A DNA stretch of 43,535 nucleotides from an uncultured Enterobacteriaceae bacterium (GCA_964544965.1 CAZJED010000003.1:4062-47596); one strand, 5' to 3'; counted from the first letter of the stretch, positions 1-11,619 are shown. Numbers and translations are program-made. The notes: generated by a model from the sequence alone, not told the origin.

Positions 1-123
1 AAGCTGTTTTATAAGAGGTGTCTCGAACTCTCCCGGATCCAATACCTCCACCTTCTTCGGCAACGGTGGCGCCGCCTTAATCCGAATCGCTACGGGCTGT
101 ACAGGCTTAGATTTAGCCACCAT
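1..123 (-). CDS. 5' end of an unidentified ORF running off the left edge (MVAKSKPVQPVAIRIKAAPPLPKKVEVLDPGEFETPLIKQL...)
   Basis: An ATG at 123-121 (minus strand) opens a stop-free frame of 41 codons to position 1. The composition is Lys/Pro/Val-rich and protein-like, whereas the open plus-strand frame is Arg-rich and looks antisense. I count 63 G+C in nt 1-120 (~52%) against 40/120 in nt 141-260. The ORF is too short for the supplied track, and I recognise no family. Confidence 0.3.
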   Translation of the reverse strand, partial: MVAKSKPVQPVAIRIKAAPPLPKKVEVLDPGEFETPLIKQL

Positions 124-127
124 TTCT

Positions 128-373
128 TTACCCGTAATCGGCAACAAAAACAAGATCACATGAATATAGGCTATCGCTATCATGACTAACAAAACGAAGA
201 TCAAATTGGCCTAAAGAAGGAAAAATATCTGTTAAGAGTTCTCCTTTTCTTGTGTTTGAAGTAACAACAGCAACTTCAACACTATCATGTAATGATAGTA
301 ATCGAAGTAATTCTTCTCCTGTATAACCAGTAGCGCCGACTATTCCTATACGAATCATTTTTTTTACTGACAT
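128..373 (-). pseudogene. argC: N-terminal fragment (81 codons) of N-acetyl-gamma-glutamyl-phosphate reductase ArgC
   Basis: IRIGIVGATGYTGEELLRLL is the ArgC-type Rossmann N-terminus, and similarity continues to ...CDLVFVA. The frame then ends (ADYG-stop) where full-length ArgC (~340 aa) continues with the ..PHG.. segment. The downstream sequence is unrelated to ArgC and GC-rich. Confidence 0.7.
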
Positions 374-431
374 ACCCTCAAATAATAAAAATCTATTTAA
401 ATTATAATTTAAATACTACTTAGTGACCGGC

Positions 432-458
432 AAATAAAAAAGCGGCCGAAGCCGCTTT
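432..458 (-). terminator. Rho-independent terminator, minus-strand orientation favoured
   Basis: The minus strand reads AAAGCGGC-UUCG-GCCGCUUU followed by UUUAUUU. This is a GC-rich stem with a C(UUCG)G tetraloop and a U-tract. In the plus orientation the trailing tract (TTTGAATTC) is poorer. Confidence 0.6.
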
Positions 459-517
459 GAATTCAAATTTTTATAATTATTATTTTACGAATTTGCTGTA
501 TAAACAACAGATTCGAC
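432..517 (-). ncRNA. Candidate ~85-nt small RNA (promoter + internal hairpin + A/U-rich linker + terminator)
   Basis: It lies downstream of the 522-550 promoter. An 11-bp hairpin pairs CGAATCTGTTG (515-505) with CAGCAAATTCG (498-488), with one mismatch and one G-U pair. An A/U-rich stretch (487-459) follows, then the terminator at 432-458. The predicted transcript contains no ATG. No family is recognised, and the call rests on sequence logic only. Confidence 0.3.
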
Positions 518-521
518 CCTG

Positions 522-550
522 AGATTAAAGCTAGTTGATATGTGTGTCAA
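522..550 (-). promoter_or_regulatory. Sigma-70-like promoter TTGACA-17-TAATCT
   Basis: On the minus strand there is a perfect -35 TTGACA (550-545), a 17-nt spacer and a -10 TAATCT (527-522). It points toward the terminator at 432-458, and no CDS lies in between. Confidence 0.3.
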
Positions 551-748
551 GGAATCAATATTGTATTTCTATAACAAAGAATAATACGATTTAAACAAAA
601 TAAAACTATAAGTAACTGTTTTCTATATTAAAATTATTTCTAACGTAAAGTATTCTTTTTAAAATAATATAGAGAAAAGTATTAATTTTCTTCCAGAATT
701 GGGAAAAGACTACATAATAGGCTCTATATAAGAGGGTTTGAGCATTTA

Positions 749-1234
749 ATGAAAAAACTACTTAAAATATCTGTGTGTTTAGTGATTGTATCGAGCCTGA
801 TGCTTCATTTAATCCCAAACAAAGCTCCGGACGTAAATCTAAACTTTATGGATGGTAAAAAAGTAAATATAAGTTCATACAGAGGGAATCCATTGCTAGT
901 CACATTTTGGTCTATAACATGCTCATCTTGTTTAAAAGAAATCCCTAGACTTACTGAGCTTTACAATGAGCTAAATCCATATGGTTTTGAAATTGTTGGT
1001 ATAGCAATGTCTTATGACCCTCCAAATAGAGTGATAGAATTATCTGAAAAAAGGAAAATACCGTATTCGATTGCGCTCGATATTAATTCTGACGCTGAAA
1101 AAGCATTTGGCAGTATAAGGGCTACACCAACTAGCTTCTTGATTGATCCAAGTGGGAAAATTATTCAGCATAATGTTGGTACAATGAACATAAAAAAATT
1201 ACGTTCTAAAATAAAAAGATTACTCCAAACATAG
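749..1234 (+). CDS. TlpA/ResA/DsbE-like membrane-anchored thiol:disulfide oxidoreductase (thioredoxin fold)
   Basis: 161 aa with an N-terminal hydrophobic anchor. It has the CXXC motif WSITCSSCLKE and an AhpC/TSA-redoxin-like layout. Confidence 0.8.
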   Translation: MKKLLKISVCLVIVSSLMLHLIPNKAPDVNLNFMDGKKVNISSYRGNPLLVTFWSITCSSCLKEIPRLTELYNELNPYGFEIVGIAMSYDPPNRVIELSEKRKIPYSIALDINSDAEKAFGSIRATPTSFLIDPSGKIIQHNVGTMNIKKLRSKIKRLLQT

Positions 1235-1254
1235 ATAATTATTAATATTAAAAA

Positions 1255-1680
1255 ATGCTCTGGTTTAAAGCTTTACATCTTATTTTTATGGTAACTTGGT
1301 TTGCTGGCCTGTTCTATTTGCCTCGTTTATTTGTATACCATGCAATGAGCGACGACAAAATAAGCGTTGATCGATTTAAAATTATGGAAAAAAAATTATT
1401 TTATGGAATAACAACCCCTGGTGGGTTGCTTACTATTATTTTTGGATTTTGTTTATTAGTAACAAACGGTATTGCTAACTACAACAACCAAATATGGTTT
1501 TGGCTAAAAATTATTTTGATAGTTATTTTAGTTTTATATCATATTTATTGTTTCTTTCTATTACAAGATTTCAAATATGATCGGAATAAACATTCTCATA
1601 TTTGGTACCGCTGGTTTAACGAAATACCCGTTATAATATTAGTGGGTGTTATTCTTCTTGCAGTAATCAGGCCATTCTAA
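1255..1680 (+). CDS. hemJ: Protoporphyrinogen IX oxidase HemJ
   Basis: 141 aa with 4 TM segments. The N-terminus MLWFKALHLIFMVTWFAGLFYLPRLFVYH closely resembles the HemJ family signature. Confidence 0.85.
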   Translation: MLWFKALHLIFMVTWFAGLFYLPRLFVYHAMSDDKISVDRFKIMEKKLFYGITTPGGLLTIIFGFCLLVTNGIANYNNQIWFWLKIILIVILVLYHIYCFFLLQDFKYDRNKHSHIWYRWFNEIPVIILVGVILLAVIRPF

Positions 1681-1696
1681 ATTACCTAAGTATTTA

Positions 1697-2470
1697 ATGG
1701 TCGCTAATAAAAAACCAATTGTACTTGTCATTGCGGGTCACGACCCATCAGGCGGGGCCGGAATTCAAGCAGATATTGAGAGTATCGCAAACACCGGATG
1801 TCATGCGGTAACGGTAATTACATCATTAACGGCACAAAATACTGGTAAAGTCACAAATACCTCTTCTCAAAATCCTAGTTTTTTTAGAAAACAAATTAAA
1901 CTTATATTTGATGATTTTAATCTTTCTGCATGTAAAATAGGAATGATCAGTAATTCTGAGTTCGTTAATATAATACATGAAGAACTATTAGACATTAAGA
2001 TTCCTATTGTCTTAGACCCAGTTATAAATTCTGGTACTGGAGAAAATCTTTCACCCAAAAAAACATACGAAAAAATATTATCTGAATTATTGCCATTATC
2101 AACAATCATCACTCCGAATAGTTTAGAAGCAAAAATACTTGCCGGAACTGACGATTTGGAAATTGCTGCCAATAAATTACTCAGTTATGGAGCAAAAAGT
2201 GTACTAATAACCGGCTCACATGAAAAAACAAATACTGTATTAAATACGCTCTATGAAAGAGATAGCACTCCCATAAAATATGAATGGGAAAGACTAACCG
2301 GCTCCTTTCACGGGTCGGGCTGTACGCTATCATCGAGAATCGCGGCAAACATTGCGCTTGGCAATAACCTAAAAAACTCTGTGGAAGATGCTCAACAATA
2401 TACATGGCAAACTCTAAAAAATGGCTTACAGCTTGGAAAAAAACAAATTCATCCAAATCGTTTTTTTTGA
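1697..2470 (+). CDS. thiD: Hydroxymethylpyrimidine/phosphomethylpyrimidine kinase ThiD
   Basis: VLVIAGHDPSGGAGIQADIES is the ThiD N-terminal motif. The C-terminal GSGCTLSS motif is present. 257 aa. Confidence 0.9.
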   Translation: MVANKKPIVLVIAGHDPSGGAGIQADIESIANTGCHAVTVITSLTAQNTGKVTNTSSQNPSFFRKQIKLIFDDFNLSACKIGMISNSEFVNIIHEELLDIKIPIVLDPVINSGTGENLSPKKTYEKILSELLPLSTIITPNSLEAKILAGTDDLEIAANKLLSYGAKSVLITGSHEKTNTVLNTLYERDSTPIKYEWERLTGSFHGSGCTLSSRIAANIALGNNLKNSVEDAQQYTWQTLKNGLQLGKKQIHPNRFF

Positions 2471-2520
2471 CACGGAAAATGATGCTTAGCAAAATCTATG
2501 ATGGATATCTTTTATAAACT

Positions 2521-3144
2521 ATGAATATGCCAGAATCTCAGGGAATTTATGTAATTAGTGATTGTAGAAATCGTGAGGCTGATGATCTGCTAGAAATAAC
2601 AGAAGAGATACTGAGCGCTGGTATATCCCTTTTTCAATTTCGTGATAAAAACTCAAAATATGAAGTAAAAAAAATATTGGCAAAAAAATTACAGGCGCTT
2701 TGTAGAAAATATAAAACCCCATTTATCATTAACGATGATGTTGAACTAGCAAAGGAAATATCAGCAGATGGCGTCCATTTAGGTAGGGACAATATGAATA
2801 TTAACAAAGCTAGAAATATTCTAGGGGGAAAAATAATTGGGGTTTCATGCTATAACGATCTTAAATATGCAATATACGCGGAAAGATTAGGTGCTAATTA
2901 CGTTGCATTTGGATCATTTTTTGATTCGCCAACGAAACCAGATGCAAAAAAAGCTGAGATTGAATTACTAGTAAAATCAAAATCAAGATTAAAAATTCCA
3001 GTAGTTGCAATTGGCGGTATAACACCAGAAAATGGGAAACAGCTAGTTAAAAATAAAGTTGATTTTTTGGCTGTAATTAGTGGAATTTACCAATCAGCAA
3101 ATACAAGAGATAGTATAAACACCTATAAAAAATTATTTCACTAA
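2521..3144 (+). CDS. thiE: Thiamine-phosphate synthase ThiE
   Basis: 207 aa TIM-barrel ThiE pattern ([26 protein letters not shown]). The gene directly follows thiD. Confidence 0.9.
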   Translation: MNMPESQGIYVISDCRNREADDLLEITEEILSAGISLFQFRDKNSKYEVKKILAKKLQALCRKYKTPFIINDDVELAKEISADGVHLGRDNMNINKARNILGGKIIGVSCYNDLKYAIYAERLGANYVAFGSFFDSPTKPDAKKAEIELLVKSKSRLKIPVVAIGGITPENGKQLVKNKVDFLAVISGIYQSANTRDSINTYKKLFH

Positions 3145-3152
3145 CAATTAAA

Positions 3153-4430
3153 ATGACAAAAAAATTATTTGATGAAGCTAAAGAATATATTCCTGGTGGG
3201 GTAAATTCACCTGTACGTGCTTTTAAAGCAGTATCAGGAACACCACTTTTTATAAATAAGGCATCGGGTCCTTATTTGTATGATAGTGAAAATAAAAAAT
3301 ATATTGACTATGTTGGCTCTTGGGGGCCGATGATATTAGGGCATTCTCATCCAAAGGTAATAGAAGCAATTGGTGACTCAATTAAAAATGGATTAAGTTT
3401 CGGTGCGCCAACTGAAATTGAAACACAAATGGCTAAAAAGATTTGTGAATTAATACCATCGATCGATAAAATTCGTATGGTAAATTCGGGGACAGAAGCG
3501 GCCATGAGTGCTATTAGACTAGCAAGAGGCTACACCAAACGAAATACTATTATTAAATTTGAAGGATGCTACCACGGCCACACTGATTCTTTACTTGTGA
3601 AAGCAGGATCGGGGGGGTTGACGTTTGGTGTTCCAACCTCGCCTGGTGTGCCTGAAGATCTTGCAAAACTCACGGTAACGCTTACTTATAATGATATCAA
3701 TCAACTTGAAGATACATTCAAAAAAATTGGAGGCGAAATTGCTGCAGTTATTATTGAGCCAATAGCTGGAAATATGAGTTTAGTCCCTGGAAATCATAAA
3801 TTCCTAAAAACACTTAGAATACTTTGTGATAAATACAAATCTATTTTGATATTTGATGAAGTAATGACAGGGTTTCGTGTTGCATTAGGTGGTGCTCAAT
3901 CTATATTTAATATTAATCCTGATTTAACTATTCTGGGAAAAATTATTGGAGGAGGCATGCCTGTTGGTGCGTTTGGCGGTAAAGAGAATATTATGAATTA
4001 TATAGCTCCAGATGGACCGGTATATCAAGCGGGGACGCTTTCTGGAAATCCTATCGCTATGAATGCGGGACTGACTACTCTTGGTTTAATTTCGTCGAAA
4101 GATTTTTATAAATCTCTCAAAGAAAAAACAAAAATATTAGCTGAAGGAATCGTAGAATGTGCTGAAGAAATGAATATATCATTATCAGTAAATTATGTTT
4201 GCGGTATGTTTGGGTTATTTTTTAGTGAAGAAAAAATTATCGATTCTTTTGATAAAGTGATGAGCTGTAATAAAGAACAATACAATAAATTTTTTCATGG
4301 TATGTTAGAAGAGGGTATATATTTCGCACCTTCTTCATTTGAAACTGGATTTGTCTCATCTTTGCATTCTGATGAGGATATAAAATCAACAATATATGCT
4401 GCTAAAAAGATTTTTAAGAAATTTAAATAG
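3153..4430 (+). CDS. hemL: Glutamate-1-semialdehyde 2,1-aminomutase HemL
   Basis: 425 aa with [12 protein letters not shown], the SGTEA motif and a PLP-lysine context (ILGKIIGGG). This is a typical HemL. Confidence 0.95.
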   Translation: MTKKLFDEAKEYIPGGVNSPVRAFKAVSGTPLFINKASGPYLYDSENKKYIDYVGSWGPMILGHSHPKVIEAIGDSIKNGLSFGAPTEIETQMAKKICELIPSIDKIRMVNSGTEAAMSAIRLARGYTKRNTIIKFEGCYHGHTDSLLVKAGSGGLTFGVPTSPGVPEDLAKLTVTLTYNDINQLEDTFKKIGGEIAAVIIEPIAGNMSLVPGNHKFLKTLRILCDKYKSILIFDEVMTGFRVALGGAQSIFNINPDLTILGKIIGGGMPVGAFGGKENIMNYIAPDGPVYQAGTLSGNPIAMNAGLTTLGLISSKDFYKSLKEKTKILAEGIVECAEEMNISLSVNYVCGMFGLFFSEEKIIDSFDKVMSCNKEQYNKFFHGMLEEGIYFAPSSFETGFVSSLHSDEDIKSTIYAAKKIFKKFK

Positions 4431-4496
4431 ATAATACAGGTATCAAATATTTCTGCGAATGAAAATCACTTTACATAAAAAAATAGCTGCGTACTT

Positions 4497-4982
4497 TCAG
4501 CTTAAATTTATTTTCTTTTTTGAAACTATTATTCCATCAGTATCGGCATAAACATATTCACCTACATTAAATGTAACGCCAGCAAATAAAATAGGAACGT
4601 CTCTTTCACCTAATCCCTGCTTAAGACTTTTTCTTGGATTTGTATTTAATGCTTTTATGCCGATATTAATTGTAGAGATTACTTCGGCATCACGAATACA
4701 GCCAAAAACTATTATCCCTGACCAGCCATTTTCCATACCTAATTTAGCAAGCATATCACCAACCATAGCGCAACGTAATGACTCGCCACCATCAATAATT
4801 AATACGCGACCATTCCCAGATTCTTCTAAAGCTGTTCTTACCAAACTATTATCTTCGAATGCTTTGACTGTTGATATTGAGCCATGAAATATTTTTTTTC
4901 CGCCATAGTCTCTAAAAATAGGTGAGGCAACCTTAAGATCATCTCCGTACTCATCATATAAATCTGCTGTTTTAAAAGTCAT
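4497..4982 (-). CDS. rraA: RraA family protein (RNase E regulator / HMG-oxaloacetate aldolase fold)
   Basis: 161 aa. The TADLYDEYG...FRDYGG start and the GDMLA, GCIRD motifs are typical of RraA. Confidence 0.85.
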   Translation of the reverse strand: MTFKTADLYDEYGDDLKVASPIFRDYGGKKIFHGSISTVKAFEDNSLVRTALEESGNGRVLIIDGGESLRCAMVGDMLAKLGMENGWSGIIVFGCIRDAEVISTINIGIKALNTNPRKSLKQGLGERDVPILFAGVTFNVGEYVYADTDGIIVSKKKINLS

Positions 4983-4988
4983 TTTAAT

Positions 4989-5777
4989 TTAATGCTCATA
5001 AAAGTCAGGGCGTCTGTCAGAAAACAAATCGTTATTCTTTGTAATATATTTATTATGGCTCTCCGTTGGCTCAATGTCAGTAATATAATGAGCTTCTCTT
5101 TGTGAAGCAGCTCTATAAATAATCTCTCCTTTAGGAGAAACAATTTGACTCTTGCCAGTGAAACGTAAAATACCTTGTGGCCTATTATCTGCACCAAAAC
5201 GATTTGCTGTGATAGCAAAAACTCTATTTTCAAGACAACGCGCTAGCATTGTTTGTTGACAAAAATTAAGTACTAAATTAGAGGGATGGCAAATAATCTC
5301 CGCGTTATTCATGGCAAGTGTTCTTGTTACCTCTGGGAATGCCCAGTCGAAACATATCATCATCCCCAATTTAACTCCGTTTACTTCATTAACCTTCAAA
5401 GGGATATCTCCTGGACTCATAGAAAATTTTTCTTCATTAAAAAGATGCAATTTTCTATAAATATGGATAATGCCTTTTGGTCCAATTAATGCCGAACTAT
5501 TAAAACACTTATCCTGATCTTTTTCTGCAAATCCAATCACGATATGAAAATTATTCTTTCTACACAAATTAATGATGCTATCTATATGCATTGAACTATT
5601 AGGTTCTTCTGCTAGCGAAAGCGCTTCCTTTGCATCTTTAAAATAATAACCAGACAACGCGAGTTCTGGTAATACGATTAAGTCTGCATCAACCTCATTA
5701 AGAGCTTTAATAATTTTTTTTGTATTCGCTGCTATTTTTCCAAATATAGGGCGAAATTGATAGAAACCAACTTTCAT
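4989..5777 (-). CDS. Carbon-nitrogen hydrolase (nitrilase superfamily) protein
   Basis: 262 aa. The Glu-Lys-Cys triad contexts are present: LPELALSGY, YRKLHLF and MMICFDWAFPE. Confidence 0.8.
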   Translation of the reverse strand: MKVGFYQFRPIFGKIAANTKKIIKALNEVDADLIVLPELALSGYYFKDAKEALSLAEEPNSSMHIDSIINLCRKNNFHIVIGFAEKDQDKCFNSSALIGPKGIIHIYRKLHLFNEEKFSMSPGDIPLKVNEVNGVKLGMMICFDWAFPEVTRTLAMNNAEIICHPSNLVLNFCQQTMLARCLENRVFAITANRFGADNRPQGILRFTGKSQIVSPKGEIIYRAASQREAHYITDIEPTESHNKYITKNNDLFSDRRPDFYEH

Positions 5778-5790
5778 ATGTATTCAAACA

Positions 5791-7152
5791 TTATTTTTTC
5801 TTTGGTCTTTCCCAAGATGGAACTGACTTTTGTTCAGTTCTACTAATTACTAAACTGTTAGCATCCACATCCTTGGTTACCGTCGAACCTGCTGCGATAG
5901 TTGAACCATCTTCGACCTTAACTGGCGCAATTAACTGGACATCTGAACCTACAAAAACATTATCACCAATTTTTGTCTTATGTTTATTTGCGCCATCATA
6001 ATTACAAGTGATTGTGCCTGCGCCGATATTTGTGCAACTTCCAACTTCAGTATCGCCAATATAACTTAAATGATTTGCTTTAGTTTTCTTACCTAGTGAA
6101 CTCTTCTTAATCTCAACAAAATTTCCTACATGAACATGATCATCTAATACAGAATCGGGTCGAATACGTGCAAAAGGCCCGATACGACAATCATTGCCAA
6201 TAATTGAATTTTCAACTACAGAATTTGCAAAAATTTTTACATTGTTCCCAATAATTGTATCTTTTATAACGCAGTTCGGAGAAATTGTATTGTTGTTGCC
6301 TAATTTTAATTTTCCTTCCATCACTACATTGACATCAATTTCATTATCAAGACCTACTTCTAATTCCCCACGCAAATCGAACCTTGAGGGATCAATAATC
6401 CCAACCCCTTTATCCATTAAATGGTGTGCTTGTATTATTTGATAGTAACGCTCTGTCTCAGAAAGTTGTGATCGAGTATTAATACCCTGAACTTCTATCG
6501 CTGACTCAGCTAAAATTGGAGAAACTTTAATATTATTTTTTACGGCGATCTCAACCATATCAGTTAAATAATATTCATTTTGCTTATTTTTGTTTTTAAT
6601 GGAATCAATCTGCAAATTCAGAATTTCGGCACTGATAACCATAAATCCTGCATTAACTTCACAAATATTTTGTTGTTCTACTGTTGCGTCTTTTTCCTCA
6701 ACTATAGCGGTAACATTATCGTCGCCGTCGCGCACAATTCGTCCATAGCCATAAGGTTCATCAAAATAAGCTGTCAAAAGTGAGAATCCTGAATTAGTTG
6801 CTGCCTTAACTAATTTTATTAATGATGCTTCACTAATTAATGGAACATCGCCATAGAGTATCAAGATATCATCAGACTTTGGTATATTGGGAAGAACTTG
6901 TTGTACGGCGTGTCCTGTTCCTAATTGCTCTTCTTGTTTGACCCAACAAACTTTAGAATTTTTTAGTGTATTTTTTACCTGCTCTCCACCACAACCATAA
7001 ACTATATAAATATCTCTGTGCTCTATTTTCATTGCTGTCTCATAAACATGTGTGAGCAATGGTTTCCCCGCTAAAAGATTTAATACCTTTGGTTTATCAG
7101 AGTGCATCCGCTTCCCTTGACCGGCGGCTAAAATAATAATGCTAAGACTCAA
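5791..7152 (-). CDS. glmU: Bifunctional UDP-N-acetylglucosamine pyrophosphorylase / GlcN-1-P acetyltransferase GlmU
   Basis: 453 aa with an N-terminal LAAGQGKRM nucleotidyltransferase motif and C-terminal hexapeptide repeats. The start codon is TTG (7152-7150), because the conserved N-terminus leaves no in-frame ATG option. Confidence 0.95.
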   Translation of the reverse strand: MSLSIIILAAGQGKRMHSDKPKVLNLLAGKPLLTHVYETAMKIEHRDIYIVYGCGGEQVKNTLKNSKVCWVKQEEQLGTGHAVQQVLPNIPKSDDILILYGDVPLISEASLIKLVKAATNSGFSLLTAYFDEPYGYGRIVRDGDDNVTAIVEEKDATVEQQNICEVNAGFMVISAEILNLQIDSIKNKNKQNEYYLTDMVEIAVKNNIKVSPILAESAIEVQGINTRSQLSETERYYQIIQAHHLMDKGVGIIDPSRFDLRGELEVGLDNEIDVNVVMEGKLKLGNNNTISPNCVIKDTIIGNNVKIFANSVVENSIIGNDCRIGPFARIRPDSVLDDHVHVGNFVEIKKSSLGKKTKANHLSYIGDTEVGSCTNIGAGTITCNYDGANKHKTKIGDNVFVGSDVQLIAPVKVEDGSTIAAGSTVTKDVDANSLVISRTEQKSVPSWERPKKK

Positions 7153-7277
7153 TTTAAAATCTACCTCATTAGTTATTTTGTTTAATATTCTTACAGAATT
7201 ATACCCATGCTTATAGCTGAGATATTATGATGGATTTTATATGAAAGAAATACAGGGAAATACGGAGTTATTCTGAA

Positions 7278-7700
7278 TTAACGGCCCGAACGTTTTCTCA
7301 TGCGTTGTAAAGTCTGTAATTGGGCTGCAGCCTCCGCGAGTGCTATCTGTGCTTTGGCATAATCAATTTTAGAATCTTTCTCATGTATAGCTTTTTCAGC
7401 TTCCTCTTTTGCTTTGATTATAGCTGCCTCATCTAAATCTTCCGCACGTTCAGCCGTATCTGATAGAACGGTAATAATTGTCGGTTGAACTTCTAATAAT
7501 CCCCCCGAAACATAAAAAGCTGATTCGTTGCCATCAACATCCATCACTCTTACTTCTCCTGGACTCATTTTAGTGACCAAAGGCGTATGGCCTGGGGCAA
7601 TCCCAACTTCGCCCATAATAGCAGGTGCAAAAACCATCTGAGCTTCTCCTGAAAATATTTCTTTTTCAGCGCTTACAATATCAACCTGAATTTTATTCAT
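7278..7700 (-). CDS. atpC: F1 ATP synthase epsilon subunit
   Basis: 140 aa. It is last in the atp gene order and has a typical epsilon N-terminal beta-sandwich and C-terminal helices. Confidence 0.95.
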   Translation of the reverse strand: MNKIQVDIVSAEKEIFSGEAQMVFAPAIMGEVGIAPGHTPLVTKMSPGEVRVMDVDGNESAFYVSGGLLEVQPTIITVLSDTAERAEDLDEAAIIKAKEEAEKAIHEKDSKIDYAKAQIALAEAAAQLQTLQRMRKRSGR

Positions 7701-7716
7701 AAAACACCTTTTCTAA

Positions 7717-9138
<1,422 letters not shown>

Positions 9139-9167
9139 TTATTCTTTGATAAAAAATTAATCATTGC

Positions 9168-10031
9168 CTAAACAGCAGCCGCACCAGCAACAATCTCAGA
9201 TAATTCCTGAGTAATTGCTGCTTGTCTTGCTTTGTTATATATAAGTTGTAGCTCATCTATGAGTGTGCCAGCATTTTCAGTTGCACTTTTCATAGCAACC
9301 ATTCGCGCTGCCATTTCACATGAAATATTTTCAATAACGCCAGCATAAACTTGCGACTCAATATAACGCGACAAAAAGCCATCCAATACTTCTTCGGCGC
9401 CAGGTTCATAAATATAATCCCAATAACTTGCATAACTTTCTTTTTCATCTGGCTCACCAGGTACTAATTGTTGAATAACTGGTGTTTGAACCATTGAATT
9501 CACAAATTGATTCGAAACTAAATGCACTTCATCAATATCTCCGTCTTTATAAGCGTTTAACATAATCATTATTGTCCCAATCAATTCTTCAAGATTTGGT
9601 TTGTCGCCTATATGAGTAACTTGGCCAATAATATTTACGCCAATTGATCCAAAAAAACCTGCCGCCTTTGTCCCAATAACACAAAGATCAATTTCTTTTC
9701 CTTCCATTTCCCAGTTTTGGATCTTTTTTAATAACATACGAAACATGTTTGCATTTAAACCACCACATAAACCTCTGTCTGTTGAAACAACAATCAAACC
9801 AATTCGTTTAACCTCTTCGCGTGTTACAAGATAGGGGTGCTTATACTCTGGATTTGCATGCGCAAGGTGGGATATCACATTACGAATCTTTTCAGAATAA
9901 GGTCGTGCAGCAAGCATACGATCCTGAGCCTTTCGCATTTTACTGGCTGCTACCATTTCCATAGCTTTCGTAATCTTTTGCGTATTTTTTACGCTTGCAA
10001 TCTTTGTTCTTACTTCTTTCCCGCCTGCCAT
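9168..10031 (-). CDS. atpG: F1 ATP synthase gamma subunit
   Basis: 287 aa. It starts [31 protein letters not shown] and has the C-terminal ITQELSEIV motif. Confidence 0.95.
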   Translation of the reverse strand: MAGGKEVRTKIASVKNTQKITKAMEMVAASKMRKAQDRMLAARPYSEKIRNVISHLAHANPEYKHPYLVTREEVKRIGLIVVSTDRGLCGGLNANMFRMLLKKIQNWEMEGKEIDLCVIGTKAAGFFGSIGVNIIGQVTHIGDKPNLEELIGTIMIMLNAYKDGDIDEVHLVSNQFVNSMVQTPVIQQLVPGEPDEKESYASYWDYIYEPGAEEVLDGFLSRYIESQVYAGVIENISCEMAARMVAMKSATENAGTLIDELQLIYNKARQAAITQELSEIVAGAAAV

Positions 10032-10055
10032 ATTTTTTTAGCCTATTTCCAATTA

Positions 10056-11597
10056 TTACCAGGTATTATTTTTTTTAAAATTTTCAATTGCGCTATTCAT
10101 TTCGGCCTCAATTTCGTCATCATAATTACCTTCGACGCCAATTTTATCCATTAAAGCTAATTGTTCGCTTTTCATGTAGTCATGTAACGCTGATTCAAAA
10201 GCACCAATTTTTTCCAACTCGACATCATCGATAAAACCATTTTCTACAGCAAACAAACTCACCCCCATTTCAGCCACATTTAAAGGCGTATATTGTTTTT
10301 GCTTCATCAATTCCATAACTCGCTGGCCTCGTTCTAACTGTTTTCTTGTTGCCTCATCTAGATCAGATGCAAACTGAGCAAAAGCTGCCAACTCACGATA
10401 TTGGGCAAGTGCCAATCGAACACCGCCACCCAATTTTTTGATAATCTTAGTTTGCGCAGCACCACCTACTCGAGATACCGACAAACCCGCATTAATAGCT
10501 GGTCTAAAACCAGAATTAAAAAGGTCTGATTCTAGAAATATCTGACCATCAGTTATTGAAATTACATTAGTCGGAACGAAAGCAGATACGTCACCTGCTT
10601 GCGTTTCAATAATCGGTAATGCGGTTAATGAGCCCGTTTTACCTTTCACTTTCCCATTTGTGATCTTTTCAACATAATCTTCATTAATTCGCGAAGCACG
10701 TTCCAACAAACGGGAATGCAAATAAAATACATCTCCTGGATAAGCTTCGCGTCCTGGAGGACGTTTCAATAATAATGAAACCTGACGGTATGCCCATGCT
10801 TGTTTTGTTAAATCATCATAAATGATTAATGCATCTTCGCCACGATCACGAAAATATTCGCCCATAGCACAACCACCATATGGCGCAATGTATTGCATTG
10901 CTGCAGATTCTGATGCAGTTGCCGCAACCACAATTGTGTGCTCCATTGCACCATGTTCTTCGAGTTTTCTTATAACAACATTAACAGACGATGCCTTTTG
11001 ACCAACTGCAACATAGATACACTTAACGCCGGTACCTTTTTGATTAATAATTGCATCGATTGCAACAGCTGTTTTACCGGTTTGACGATCGCCAATAATC
11101 AACTCCCTCTGACCACGACCAATAGGTACCATAGAATCGATTGATTTAAGACCAGTTTGGACGGGCTGGCCTACAGATTTTCTCGCAATTACACCAGGTG
11201 CAATTTTTTCAATTGGTGAACTTTCTTTTGTGTTAATTTCACCCTTACCATCAATTGGATTACCAAGTGCATCAACAACACGTCCTAACAATCCATCACC
11301 AACGGGGACTTCGAGAATACGTTTTGTACATTTTACGACGTCGCCTTCAGAAATATGCTCATAGCTACCCATGATAACTGCACCAACAGAATCGCGTTCC
11401 AAATTCAGTGCTAAACCATAAGTTTTACCAGGAAACTCAATCATCTCCCCCTGCATTACATCACTTAGGCCATGTATTCTGGCGACACCATCAGCAAGAC
11501 TAACAACGGTACCTTCGGTACGTGCTTCGGTATCCAGATCGAGTTCTTTAATCTTCTTTTTAATTAGATCACTAATTTCGGTTGCACTGATAGACAT
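10056..11597 (-). CDS. atpA: F1 ATP synthase alpha subunit
   Basis: Walker A GDRQTGKT is present. I trimmed the start to the ATG at 11597 ([16 protein letters not shown]), which has AGAGGAAAGA upstream. The track's longer ORF (to 11630) would overlap the end of atpH. Confidence 0.95.
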   Translation of the reverse strand: MSISATEISDLIKKKIKELDLDTEARTEGTVVSLADGVARIHGLSDVMQGEMIEFPGKTYGLALNLERDSVGAVIMGSYEHISEGDVVKCTKRILEVPVGDGLLGRVVDALGNPIDGKGEINTKESSPIEKIAPGVIARKSVGQPVQTGLKSIDSMVPIGRGQRELIIGDRQTGKTAVAIDAIINQKGTGVKCIYVAVGQKASSVNVVIRKLEEHGAMEHTIVVAATASESAAMQYIAPYGGCAMGEYFRDRGEDALIIYDDLTKQAWAYRQVSLLLKRPPGREAYPGDVFYLHSRLLERASRINEDYVEKITNGKVKGKTGSLTALPIIETQAGDVSAFVPTNVISITDGQIFLESDLFNSGFRPAINAGLSVSRVGGAAQTKIIKKLGGGVRLALAQYRELAAFAQFASDLDEATRKQLERGQRVMELMKQKQYTPLNVAEMGVSLFAVENGFIDDVELEKIGAFESALHDYMKSEQLALMDKIGVEGNYDDEIEAEMNSAIENFKKNNTW

Positions 11598-11619
11598 ACA
11601 TCTTTCCTCTTTTAATAAC

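Noticed and set aside
458-475. ARG-box-like TTGAATTCAAATTTTTAT upstream of the argC fragment
   Set aside because: Only one half (TGAAT) fits the enteric ArgR box. It overlaps the proposed sRNA linker, and argC itself is truncated.
505-530. tRNA T-arm-like GGGTCGAATC (minus strand) and a TPP-riboswitch-like CTGAGA (plus strand)
   Set aside because: No acceptor, D or anticodon arms can be built around the T-arm-like string. No other TPP aptamer elements are present, such as the pyrimidine-sensor helix or the ACCTGATCTGGATAATGCCAGCG-type segment.
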